Source: Octopus sinensis (Eukaryota). From it: a stretch of DNA of 64,000 nucleotides. The position numbers were made by a program, and so were the translations under genes. Positions 1 to 12,289 of the stretch are shown piece by piece. How positions within the stretch are numbered: the first letter of the stretch is position 1; every line of letters begins with the position of its first letter. The notes beneath the pieces are model-generated. The model saw only the letters and a program-made list of their open reading frames with translations, did not search any database and had not been told where the DNA came from. The stretch lies in NCBI RefSeq assembly GCF_006345805.1, contig NC_043003.1, forward strand, positions 51,832,001-51,896,000. The letters are read 5' to 3'.

Positions 1-37
1 TTTTATAAAATAATAATAATCCTGTCTTATGGAGGCA

Positions 38-609
38 TAAAGCCTGAAATTTGGGGGAAGGGATTAAATCGATTACATCGACCCCAGTACTCAACTGGTA
101 CTTATTTAATCGACTTCGAAAGGATGAAAGGCAAATCGACTTCGGCGGAATTTGAATTGAGAACGTAAAGCCGCAAAGCAGTTTGCCCGGCGTGCTAACG
201 ATTCTGCCAGCTCGTCACCTTAATAATAATGATGATGATGATGATGATGATAATTTTTCCACAAAGGCAGCTTGGGGGAGGTGAGGATGAGTCGATTACA
301 TCGATCCCAGTGTTCAACGGATACTTATTTTATCGACCTCGAAAGGATGAAAGGCAAAGTCGACGTCGGCGGAATTTGAATTCAAAACGGAGCGACGGGC
401 GAAATACCTATTTCTTTACTACCCACAACGGGCTAAACACAGAGGGGACAAACAAGGACAGACAAACGGATTAAGTCGATTATATCGACCTCAGTGCGTA
501 ACTGGTACTTATTTAATCGACCCCGGCGGAATTTGAACCCAGAACGTAGCAGCAGACGAAATACTGCTAAGCATTTAGCCCGGCGTGTTAAGGATTCTAC
601 CAGCTCGCC

Positions 610-610
<1 letters not shown>
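38..610 (-). mobile_element. Cluster of three nested/tandem tRNA-derived SINE copies (family B)
   Basis: Three copies of the core 'gtcgattacatcgaccccagt...ggtacttatttaatcgac...gaaaggatgaaaggcaaagtcgac..cggcggaatttgaa' separated by (AAT/GAT)n. They are the reverse complement of the full copy at 62540-62745. Confidence 0.8.
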
Positions 611-671
<61 letters not shown>

Positions 672-773
672 TGTGTGTATTTAGTTAACGAATAACAAAA
701 GAACAGGAATTACCTAATCACCTTCATTAGCTTAAGGCATAAGTGAATTCTAACAACTGTTTATTAGTATCGC

Positions 774-804
<31 letters not shown>

Positions 805-1313
805 AAAGAGATTGAGGAGGAAGTGAAGCGAGGTGTGTGTATATGTGTGTGTAATATTCATGCTTTTTCCGAGGTTTAAGTAAGCAAAGTAAAATGACTT
901 TGACCGACGATGAAAATCAGTCGGTACAATCTTGCTAAGTAGGTTTGCACATGATTCTGAAAACGTTTCTCCTTTGGGTCCTTTCCGTCAGCTATATTTC
1001 ATTAAGACGGTTGACTAAAGTAATTACAGTAAAATCCGGAATACGAGAAACTGATGATGGCTCTGCGTCGGCAACAATTACACCATAGGAGAGTTCATAG
1101 AAGAGTTCGGTAAGTTCATTTGCTGTGATTATACAGTAATTACGGATGCAAGTTTAGAATGAAACACATTTTCTAGAAATTAATGAGTACACGCACGCAC
1201 ATATTTACTTATACAAACACATATATAGATGACAGCACACAAACCCGCATAACGCTCCAACAGAATAAGAACATAGGAAAATGGAGACGTGGAGAAGACA
1301 CAAATTATTATTA

Positions 1314-1363
<50 letters not shown>

Positions 1364-1699
1364 GGGTGGAGTCCATATGTTTTGCTACACTTGGCTAGCA
1401 AATATATATAAAGTTACACAAAGTCACTGTTAAATGTTTGCGTTTTATAACTTTATAAAACCATTGGCAATAAATATTGTAAATTAGACATAGCAAGAGC
1501 TAAACACACACAATGAAAAAACCACCACCTAAGCACCAACTTTTAAGTCCACGCAAATATGAATAAATAATACGTGAAAATGTGTATATTTAAAAGTTAT
1601 TTTGATGCTTATATAGGGCTTAAAATATATATTTATGTACTTTATATGGTTTTAATGTATAAATCACCTTGTGATGCACGTGTGTGTGTGTGTGGGGGG

Positions 1700-2050
1700 G
1701 ATTCAGACGAACATATTCCGCTGGATGTGTAATGTCAACATGCATGAACGATGGAGCACATTTGAGATGGGGGGGAGTATAAGAGGAATCAGCTGTAGTG
1801 TGCACGAGAGAAGATTGCGCTGGTACGAACATGTGGTACGTTTGAAGGATAACAGTTGTGTAAAAAGTGTTTCAAGCAACCCAGTATAAAGGAGATTGCA
1901 GAAGAGGAAGATCGTTAAAGATGTTGGAAGGTGTGGTGAAATTTGATCTCAGGAAGGCGAAGTCAAGACTACTACGAGTGACAAGATGCTGGGAAAAAAA
2001 TCCTGTCCAACCATTGCTAGCATGGGCAAAACAGGCATAAAAATGATGAT
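1700..2050 (+). mobile_element. RTE-clade LINE 3' end remnant
   Basis: Translation RWMCNV...IRGISCSVHERRLRWYEHVVRLKDNSCVK, then degenerate CRRGR, matches the RTE/BovB ORF2 C-terminus (RRLRWYGHV.R...RGRP). It ends in a short (ATG)n-like tail. Confidence 0.8.
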
Positions 2051-2789
2051 TCTGATTATTATTTCGGAATCATCTAGGATCTGGTTAGTACCAGTCAAGA
2101 CTATGCTTCGCTAAAGAGGTCTAATAAAGCCGAAACATGTCCAGAGTTATCGCAGTACTCACCAAAGATCGGAAAACACTACCCGTTTCATATCCTCGTT
2201 TAATACTTAATTTAAATTTCGAAGTCGTACTCTTACTTTTGACAGTCAGAATTTAAAAGCAATAGGATTTCTTCTTCCTCATTATGGATATAATTTTAAT
2301 TATATATCTCTTGCTTACTGCAACATATATTTTAGTAAATAACAAATTCTTTGAGGAGGGGGTCAACATCCATTAAATAAGCTGTGATTGCGAATCAGTT
2401 TCGATTCCTGGTAAAGACCATACACCCAAAGTCTTTGAAAAAGGCAAAAGCAACACACTTTTTTTGTTCTTTGCCTCTTATAAAATCTATGCAAGAGATC
2501 ATAAAATAAAAGGAAGAGAAAATAATGGTTCGAAGTATTTCACTGGTTCACTGCATTTCTGACAGTAACAGCGACAAAAGAATGTCTAATCTGTTGTAAG
2601 GAACTTCATTCGTAAAACACCGTTCGTTTAATACGGTTTTCTTGTCAATTTTAAATGTTTAAAAAAGAACAGACATGTTTTATGTTCTTTTCTGAATAAA
2701 GAAATAATAATAAAAATACAGCCGCAAGATAAAATGAACATTTCTTTATTAAGGAGGTAACAAAGAAACAAATTCGAGAGATAGACACA

Positions 2790-2975
2790 AAACTGAACTG
2801 TAGTTATGCCGAGTACTTATTTTATCGCCCCCAACTCACTCCTCGGAGGAATGGTAAAGTTAACCTCAGCGGGATTTGAACTCAGAATGTGTAGGAACGT
2901 AACTAAATACGACAAGATATTTTGTCTGTCACTCAACCAATTCTGCTTGTCATCCACCGCCCTTCGCTACCAAGT
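2790..2975 (-). mobile_element. Degenerate family-B SINE fragment
   Basis: 'gtacttattttatcg...gttaacctcagcgggatttgaactcagaatgt' resembles the family-B core. Confidence 0.6.
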
Positions 2976-3744
2976 TTATAATGAAGAAAAAAATAAAAGA
3001 GGGAAAATAAAATGTCGTTACGGAATGTTCTCGGTGAACATGTGTGGCCCAAAACTCTACTGGCAGAAGTGAAGAAATCTTGAGATTAGATAGCAATAGT
3101 CTCGGTTGTTTGAGGGAGACAAATGATAAAGAGTGGAAGGAAGGGCGAGAGAGAGAGAGAGAGATAAGGAGACGTTAGGGTGATACAACAAATAGAGAGA
3201 GTGTGTGTGCGAATAACTTGGGAGTAGAAATAAGAGGCGGCAAGGGGGTGAAAAAAAAAGAAGAGAAATAACTAGATAAAGGGAGGGGGAAATGAATGCG
3301 AATAACAACAGAGCAGTGAGAAATACAAATTTTAAAAAAATGAGGGGTGAAAGAAATAACTAGAGACAGATAGAGAAAAAGTGATATGTAGGTTCGTGTG
3401 TGGCTAGGAACTGTGTACTATTAAACTTGATTGCATTGTTTCAATCAAAGCATAATTATATCACAATAAAAGTTCTTTTTAGCCATTCCCTCACTCTCTG
3501 CACCACTTCTGTTTAATCTTTTACGAATTAGTGGTTGAATACTCTCAGTGACTATCACAATTAGAAGATATATTTTCGGGAGGTCCTGTGTCTAGGTGCC
3601 ACACACAACACATACACACACATATATATATGAAGTTTATTTGGTGGGCTTGAAAACATTTGCAACGAAAACTGTGTCGCAAGATAATTCCACAGAGTTG
3701 ACTGACGTTCTGGCAAGGAAGGATTAAGGTAGAGCAAGTCTCAC

Positions 3745-3835
3745 TTTGAGCTTTACAGAGAATCAGCAGCTGATCAATGTTGAATTTTTTTCTTCCTTGG
3801 CTCTAGAGAGGAAGGTTCTACTTCTACTGGTATGT
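3745..3835 (-). CDS. Internal coding exon of unidentified host gene (xIPVEVEPSSLEPRKKKFNIDQLLILCKAQ if one base of the homopolymer is removed)
   Basis: Minus-strand acceptor 'ctgatctttacag|ac' and donor 'caaa|gtgaga'. It is 91 nt as assembled; removing one base from the T7 run (3785-3791) gives an open 90-nt phase-1/phase-1 exon. Confidence 0.6.
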
Positions 3836-4737
3836 CTGTAAAGATCAGCATGAGTGAGTGAGAAAGAGAGAGAGAGAGAGAGAGGGATCATCAGAGACTG
3901 TGAAGTATGTCATTTCAGGAATTTAACTGCCTGTTGCCCAAGAGTATAGAAGGTGGTTTCTAAGATATACGTACAGTGATTAACATTATGACATTGTGTC
4001 ACCAACTGAAGGAGGCGAAATTGCTGTGCAAGTTCGGTCTCCGTTACAGAACGGTTTCGAATTCTCCTTTTTATGAGAAAACTGCTGGTTTGACGTAAGA
4101 TACCTTGGTAACTTACACGTAGAAGACATGTGGTTGATTGGCTGGCGGACTGGTTGGATGGTTGTTTGACGAGGGTTGCTGGAAGTGACGGTAAATAGGT
4201 CTTTAAGAGGGAGGAGAATACTTGCAACAGAGCCGTAAATGGATTACACTAAAGGAATCTCCTCACTCCCAAACAAAACAAATACAATGTTTTGTTCCAA
4301 ACCTACTTTGATCGATCATATGATCAGAAACACTTCCACCACGACAGTCCTGTTATGTGGGAAATTCAACCACTATTTCAATCAGGTCGAACAACCATCC
4401 ACATAAAGGTTGCCCTTCTTTGCAAGGTGGTGGGATTAAGCAATGAGACATGTCTAAGTCTCCAGGTATAAACGATCCAATCGAAGTACCCACCCACTCA
4501 AAGTAAAACTAGAGACAAAAGAAAAATGTGACGAATTTGAATATTGGCTACTCTGGTCAACCTCAGTGCTTCTACTGTTTGTTCTAAGTTAAAAACAGAC
4601 TTATCCAAAACTTTAAGTGTGGTCTTACGAGTGAAATGCGCAAGTTGTGTGCACGCATACACGTTCATTGTGGTACGTTTGTACTGTGCATGTGGATATG
4701 AAGCAATGAACGTCACACAATTTCAATTCCTCATATC

Positions 4738-4788
<51 letters not shown>

Positions 4789-5052
4789 TATATATATAAT
4801 ATATATATATAATGTATATTATATATATAAGTGTATACACATGACACCTCAAGACAAATACACAGTCATATAAAAACGAGATAGTGGGTGAGAGAGTTAA
4901 GACCCTGCTTTCCTCACCCATCCGTGTGACTGACTACTGACATCAACATCAACAACAACTAATCCACCATCACTACCACCACCACACTGCACACAAAAAA
5001 GCGTAAAAAATATATAGAAGTGAAAAAAGCAAGAAAGAAAAATGAAACAGAC

Positions 5053-5115
5053 CTCCAACGCTGAAGGCGTCAGTGAAGAGAACTGGATGTCTCTGGGGGA
5101 GACGTTGAGATGTAA
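5053..5115 (-). CDS. Candidate 63-nt exon of the host gene
   Basis: Long polypyrimidine tract, then 'cttccag|' acceptor and 'gag|gtctgt' donor. Open in phase 0 (LHLNVSPRDIQFSSLTPSALE) and in phase 1 (xTSQRLPQRHPVLFTDAFSVG). The donor is weak. Confidence 0.3.
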
Positions 5116-7264
5116 CTGGAAGCCCATATCGTCAGACAAGACAACACAACAGCGGGGAGGGAGAAAAGAGAGAAAAACAGAGGCCACCACCCCACAAAAT
5201 GCTATCATCATCACCATCATTATCATCATCATGTTTGATTTCACCCAGCAGATCTCATTCTCCTTGTTTGTTCAACCTTTACCACCACCATCATCATCAC
5301 CACCACTTACCATTTCTATCCCGCTATATAGCATAACCCCTACCTCTTTTCTCCCTTGTAATATTGCATGCACTTTCGTCTCTCCCACCCGTTTACTTAC
5401 TACTCATCAATCTCCTGTGGTAAGAAAGAAAGAGAATAGGAAAAAGGAAGAAAATAAGAGCGGTGGATCCCTCTAAACCCCTTCCTCACCACCATTTTCT
5501 ATCGCATTCCCATACCACAATATCCCACCTCACTCTTTCCCCATTAACAGTGTGGTCATGGCAACCACCAAACCCACTAACCCTAACCTCTCGCCCACCA
5601 ACACACGGTCAGGCACCTGTCAACACTGACAGAGCAAATTCAGGAAGCTTCTTTAGATTTCATTGTTCGAAATGCCTTCTCCGCCACCATCACCATCACC
5701 AACCAATACTCAATTATAAGCACACACCATGCATGTATCGTTTGAGTTATATATAACGTACTCACCTGTACTCTAAATAAATAACTACGAAAAAACTTAC
5801 GAACGCAAGATCACTTCATATGTATTGATATACAATAGAATTGCGAGTTATATATACCTATATATAATTCAGTTGTATGTTATCTATATGTAAATGCGTG
5901 TGTACTTATAGGCAATCTTTCGGTATTCAGAAAGGCTGGAAAGATTGCCTGTAGTATATATATGGATGTGTATATGTACATAATTATGGATAGATACCTA
6001 TATCATCATTCAGTCATCTACTTACGAAAACACACATTCACACTATATATATGAGGATAAATTTTAAAATATCTATCCTTTTTATCTATCAATCAGTCTT
6101 AGCTAGCTCTGTTCACTCACTCGAACTATCAATTTTATTTATTCACTAAACTTACCAACCCACTCAAACTTTGCATACTCTATGACTGTCTACGTTGGAA
6201 GGATGTAATATATTCACAACACAATTCGCTTTTGAAAGAATGTGCGAAAGTACAATTACAAAAGAGAGAACGAATGAAAATAAGAGAGATAGAGAGGGGA
6301 AGGATGAGAGACAGAAAAGGAAGAGGGGAGGAAGAACAGAGGCTTTTAGTAGCATCAGAAAGAAAGGAAAAAAAAACCCCAAAAGATAAAAAGTTATAAT
6401 AGAAAAGAAAGTTTGAAACTAAACCAAATACAGTTTACTTCATAGCGTGGAGAGGTCGAGTAGGCGGGGTGGGAAGATGTAACTGGAAAAATCGTTCCAG
6501 CTTCTCACTTGAGGACGAAAATAAAATAAAAATGTAAAACAAATAAAACTCTACACAAGGGATAAACGAAAAGAAAAAATGCAAAAAGTAAAAGAAAAAA
6601 AGAAGACAGAAGCAATAAGTGAAGTCTGAAGCAAATTTTTTAGGGGTGGTAGATACGAAAGATTCTTAAAGAACCTTCGTCGGTAAACAACGTGCCAAAC
6701 TCTTTGGTTAAATCATTAGATGCTTTGTTGATTGCTCTAGGGTATTAAAAAAAAATTGTATTGTATTTTTTCTTCTACCCTGGTAAGAAAAATAAAAAAA
6801 TGGAGGTAATTTATTAAAAAAATATTCTGACGTAAAATTTGGATGTTGGCATTAAAATATTTGTATTGTTTGTTAGAAAGTTTTAAGTCAAGTGAATTTC
6901 AACTGCTTTCTCCCTCGTCTACTATTTCTATTAACTGATTCCCTTTTCTTGTTTCATCGACGTCGTCTTGAAGTTTTAAATACACTCCATCGCAGCACTG
7001 TGCGTGTTCAGTTTCTGTCTTTCTCTCTTCCCCTGTTTCTCTCCCACTATCAAGAGGAACCAACCTGCCGCCGCTTTCACCACGCAACAGGAGGTGAAAA
7101 TAAACATGTGTCTGCGAGAAGAAGCAAAAACACTGACGACAACGATTTAGAACTTCGCAGTGCTCTGAGATTTCTTCCCTTCGTCTATAAGCCTTATAGA
7201 CGAAGAGAAGAATTTAAGAGAGAACTGCTGTTGATTTTCCACTCCAGTATTTTTGTTTTTTCAT

Positions 7265-7390
7265 TTGTTCCGGAAAAATAAAAGGCAAGCTTAACCCCGA
7301 CTGATTTGAACTCCGAAAGTAAAGGGCCGTAAATACCGCAAGCGATTTTGTCCGACGTTGTACTAATTCTATCAATCCATCGCCGAAGTG
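7265..7390 (-). mobile_element. Degenerate family-B SINE fragment
   Basis: 'aaaggcaagcttaaccccgactgatttgaactccgaaagtaaagggccgtaaataccgcaagc' is similar to the family-B head and core. Confidence 0.55.
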
Positions 7391-10300
7391 AGTCAACCAG
7401 GGGACCTCTACATGAACATTATACGAAGGCAACAAAATAACAGCTATATCTCACTTAAATCACACCCAATGTCTTACAAGAGTGATGTGAATTTCGCTAT
7501 ACTATGTCTGAATAAACGGCGAGAAGATCAGAATTATAAAATTGTACGATCAGGGACCACATAGGATTAAACAATAAAACCACACCAACAACATATAAAT
7601 ATAAGGAAATAAGATAGGATATGATCAATTCGTATGTGTACACACATATTTCAAAATTTCTTCCAGAAATTATAGATTCGAGATTGTTACCATCCGAAAG
7701 AAAAGTAAAACATGTTTTGCTTGCAAGTATGAGTCCCCCCTCCACACACACACACATGCGCAAAAAAAAAAGATGCCTAACCATGTGGTTTTAGAACGTA
7801 GAGAGAAGGGATATAGTGTCAGTTATCAAATAAAGGGTGAGCGGGGGAGCAGTCGATGTCTTCTCCCCCCACCATCATCATTATAAACATAGGAAATTGC
7901 TTTCGGATGTCTGGCCTCACACCATGAATCTTGTGTTGCTAACACATCAAGCGGGCATATAGACATATACATACATCTCGACATGTACACAATACATATA
8001 TATGTATGGTAAGATTTATGTATATAGCTTGCGCTTTATCTATCTATCTCTCTTCTATATAAGAGAATTTAAATACATATACATACATATTGTACATGTG
8101 ATATTATAAGCATAAATTTATATACATACATTTGTGCAAATATATATGGTCTGACATATACTAACGCAGACATATATATACTTGTGCATGTGTATATAGT
8201 ATGTCTACGTAACACGAAAGTATTTAAACAAATGGTAGATACAATTACTACTGTTACTGATGCTGCTGTGATTCCACCACATACAGATATTCACATATGC
8301 AACGAAGCAAACAAAGCAAACTGCTTCCCCAACACCCAAAATTATCTAAAAGGGTCTCGATTCACCGCCACCGACACACCTTTACCAACACGAAATAAGT
8401 TCAAGGAGTTTGAGAGAAACTTTCAAATGATGGGAGCTGACTCTTCAGGGAGTTGACACCGATAGACAGACAGATTCGTCTCAAGGGTCTAGCCTCCTCA
8501 CACCCTATCTTTCTATTCCTTCACAAGCAGCCTGAGCCCTGCCCTCGTAAAGTGGATAGAAAGTTGTCCTTATCGGTGAAGCGGCGGGATTCGATGGCTG
8601 ATAGATGGATGGTTTCCATTGGCAAGTTATAACAGCTTCGACATTCCAGCGGGAGTATAATGTAAACAACATATACATACACATATTCTGTGTGTGCGTG
8701 TGCGCGCGCGTATGTATGTGTATGTATATATTTCAATGATTTACTTATGTAAAAGTTTCATACACGCATGCATATATATATATATATAATTTTTTAGACT
8801 GCATTTTTTCGGACAACTGACCGAATATGCGTATGTGTGCATGTATACACACTTACATAGAACAAAAATACTTTTATCACACACGTGCATTTATGTATAT
8901 AATGTAACATGACATACATAGTGCATTACATCGATACATATAATGGTGTTAAATAAACACATGCACATATTACTGACGTTGTGCAAACATATTTCTAGAG
9001 AGCTTTTGAGACGAAATAACATTATTATATATAAAGTGTGTACAACTGTTAAATACAAACGTGAAACCGTATGTGCGTGGGTGTGTGTTACTGTGTAATT
9101 TATATGTGATGTCTCATGTATATCTATGCTAGTGCGCTGGTGTTTTGTGGGGAGTAAAAGGCAGTGTGAAGGAAGGAGAGGCGGTGTGAAGCGAGTATTT
9201 GCCTCGGAGAAAAATAGTTCCTCGTACGTTGAAAGCTAGGCTAAGACATGGTTGGTGAGCAAGCTTATGAGAAGAACACACACGGAGAATAAGGGAGAGG
9301 TGTGGTGGGAGAGAGAGAAAAATGGTCGGGAGCAAAGTGAAAGATATAACGAGAGGGGAAAAGGGAAGTAGATCTGAAATGAAATACAAAAGAGTGGGAT
9401 ATTATTATATAGAGAGTGATTATTAGATAGATAGATAGATAAAATGAGCGTCAAAGATAAAGTATAATATAATGATAGAGTGATAAAGCGATAGAGTAAT
9501 AGGGAAAAGAGATTGACAGTGATGCAGTGAATAAGGGGGCAGAAGGCGAAGGCATGGAGAAATGCTAAAAGGAGAACAACAGATGGCGTGAAGGAGAAAC
9601 AGAGAAATAAACAAAGTGGGAGGAAGTAGAATAAAGAAGAAATTAGAGAGGTTAAATAGAAAATGGATAAAGTGTGAGAAGAAAGATCGTAGATTTCATG
9701 CATTCCACCGAAAAATATGCCATCCACACATTCAAGCCCCGCTGAACGCCTTGTGTACGGGAGGTATCCATACGGTACTTCTTCAAGTGTTTAAACATAT
9801 GTAGAATTATTCAATTTCATCACCATCTCCCACCCCCACTACATACACACACATGTCCAAGCGCCATTCTTTTCACTCCATACCTTGTGTGTGCCCCCTA
9901 TCTGTGAGTATGTGTGTACGAATTCTTTGTATTTGGTAATTAAGAATAGGCAAGCATGATGCATTATAGTTGTCAAGTGGAATACTTAATATATATAGGT
10001 TATGATCGGTAGTTAAGTTTGGAAACCCATCTCCATAGCTTCACTAAAGTTTGGTTTGTTAAAAAGAGATCCGCTAGTACATGCAATAAGCATCTACAGG
10101 TAGGTAAGGCAAAACTGTATGAATCAGATGCCAGCCTGCTGCACTGTTTTATTAAAAAATAATAAGATTTTCGCATCATCACTTTTCGTCGATTTGATGT
10201 CGACAAATAAATAGCGAAAAAATACTTTTTCAATAAATATAGTTATCTCCTAGTATTTCTAGTAGATGAACGTTTTGACATCTTTCTCACTCTATATTAT

Positions 10301-10711
10301 GGAAAATAGTTCACAAAACAGTGTTAAGACAACAGGGAGAGAACATGGTTAAAAGCGGTTAGTTCAAATTAGAAAAAAATACTGGAAGGGGTGTGAAGAC
10401 TGAGCAGTTTTCAATAAAAAGAATGCAGATAAGTGACATGGGTATATCAAGTCGGTGGTTAGAGTAAAATAATAGTTGAAACACACAGCATGGTGTTAGA
10501 TTTCCTACTTTCTTTTCTTCTTTTTAAAAAAAAAGTTTTGGTGATGGGGGCACAAAAAGAACAGATCACAATATTCTCTAAATAACTCCCAATCTGCACA
10601 AGAGGGCCTTTCTAACTTTCTAGACCACCAACGTAGATATTTGTAATCTGGATAGCTAACGGTAAAGATAAACCTGCACAAACGTGATACTTTCGTGTTA
10701 TACAAAATTAC

Positions 10712-10743
<32 letters not shown>

Positions 10744-11434
10744 GCGCGCGCACACGCGCACATTACACAAGCACGCGCGCACACACACATACACACACAC
10801 ACAACGTGGTAGGTAAAATTGGAACATGCCGTTGAAGTGGAATTCTTTTAGTGGGGGTTTTAAGTAATTTTCACACTTAAATGAATGGCATGCCATCAGT
10901 AGCAACATGACATTAGATCATATATCGTTGTACACACGGCATACAATATGTGTCCAATATGTATAAGCATTATATATATATATATATATATAAAACACAT
11001 ACATATTAGACACATAGAACTATAAACTATAGACATACATTTAAGTATATCGCATACTGAATCCTATGAGAACATAGCTCGGTTGATACCGATAATTGCG
11101 TAAAGTGACACATTTATATTACGTGACAGTGATACATTATATTATGTGACAGCCAGTGTTGCGTGAAGTTTGTTTTGTCATTGGTAAGTACGTGTATGCC
11201 ATAGTGTTTGTGGCTGTTGGTTGTATGTATAACATACCGTTATGATCATTGCTAGTACACATATGTTAGATAAATGAGACCATAAACTGACAAGATGACC
11301 ACAGATGTCAGTCCCTTGTGATGATTGAGTGACTATACCTATGTAGATGTGTGTTTAATTAAGCACTTTCTTAGGTGTTTTAGTGTTATCATAAAACTAT
11401 TCAAAAGCAAAAATGAAGAGGAAAGATGTCTTAC

Positions 11435-11551
11435 CTTCTTAATTTGCTTATAGGCAACCTCTGCATTAACCCAGCTAGTCCTGGTAAGTAAATCTATGTC
11501 GTCCTTAGTGTTAGCTGGCATTGATCTTGGAACCCTAGTCATCGCGGGTCC
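11435..11551 (-). CDS. Coding exon of unidentified host gene (GPAMTRVPRSMPANTKDDIDLLTRTSWVNAEVAYKQIKK)
   Basis: Textbook minus-strand acceptor 'cttttgtatttctccttgttttag|' and donor 'aag|gtaaga'. It is 117 nt, phase 0/0, stop-free and non-repetitive. Confidence 0.85.
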
Positions 11552-12095
11552 CTAAAACAAGGAGAAATACAAAAGTTCGATTAACAAGTCAATATGCTGA
11601 GTGTATGTATACATGTGTATAAACAAATTTGTGAATGTTACCTGCCACATACTGGCGACATATCCAGGGACAGCTTCGTCTTGCACAGTTAATAAAAATT
11701 AGGAAAATGAGCACTGTGTGCATGCACGCGCGTATGTTTACATACGACAAAAATATGCACTCGCATATTCAAGTATCTTCACACATGTATAGACACATTT
11801 ATAAGAATATATGTATTTGCTTATCATGCGTAGGTTACGTATGTATAATGTGGTTATTTCATTGATAAATAAATAACCATAGACATACATATAGCATAAG
11901 ATACAAAGATTGGATAAGAGAGAAATCAAATTAGATGATGACATAAACAGACAGAATCAGAAGAAAAACAAAATTAAGAATACAGAAACTAAAATGTAAA
12001 AGACAGAAGTCCGAAACAGAGATGACAGATAGACATAGTTGGATGACTGTTAATAATTCTTGAAAGTTTGAAGAAAAAAAATATCCGAAACTAAC

Positions 12096-12137
12096 CTTTG
12101 CTGTTTTGGAAGAAGCTGGATGTGACCAGCTTGCCAT
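12096..12137 (-). CDS. Probable first coding exon of host gene (MASWSHPASSKTAK)
   Basis: ATG at 12137 and donor 'aag|gttagt' in phase 0. It splices in frame across a 544-nt intron to the 11435-11551 exon. Confidence 0.7.
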
Positions 12138-12201
12138 CGGATTGACTTCATAAACGAAGGATTTTGTGGTGATGAGTGATGTTTGAATATAAATATATGT
12201 A

Positions 12202-12289
<88 letters not shown>

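Noticed and set aside
3910-4716. Protein-like minus-strand ORFs (ELAQQFRLLQLVTQ...; TTLKVLDKSVFNLEQ...)
   Set aside because: No convincing acceptor/donor pair and no recognisable domain, so they could not be supported as exons.
10505-10753. ORF FTVSYPDYKYLRWWSRK... after a tgcag acceptor
   Set aside because: The frame compatible with the upstream phase-0 exon stops after five codons, and no donor was found.
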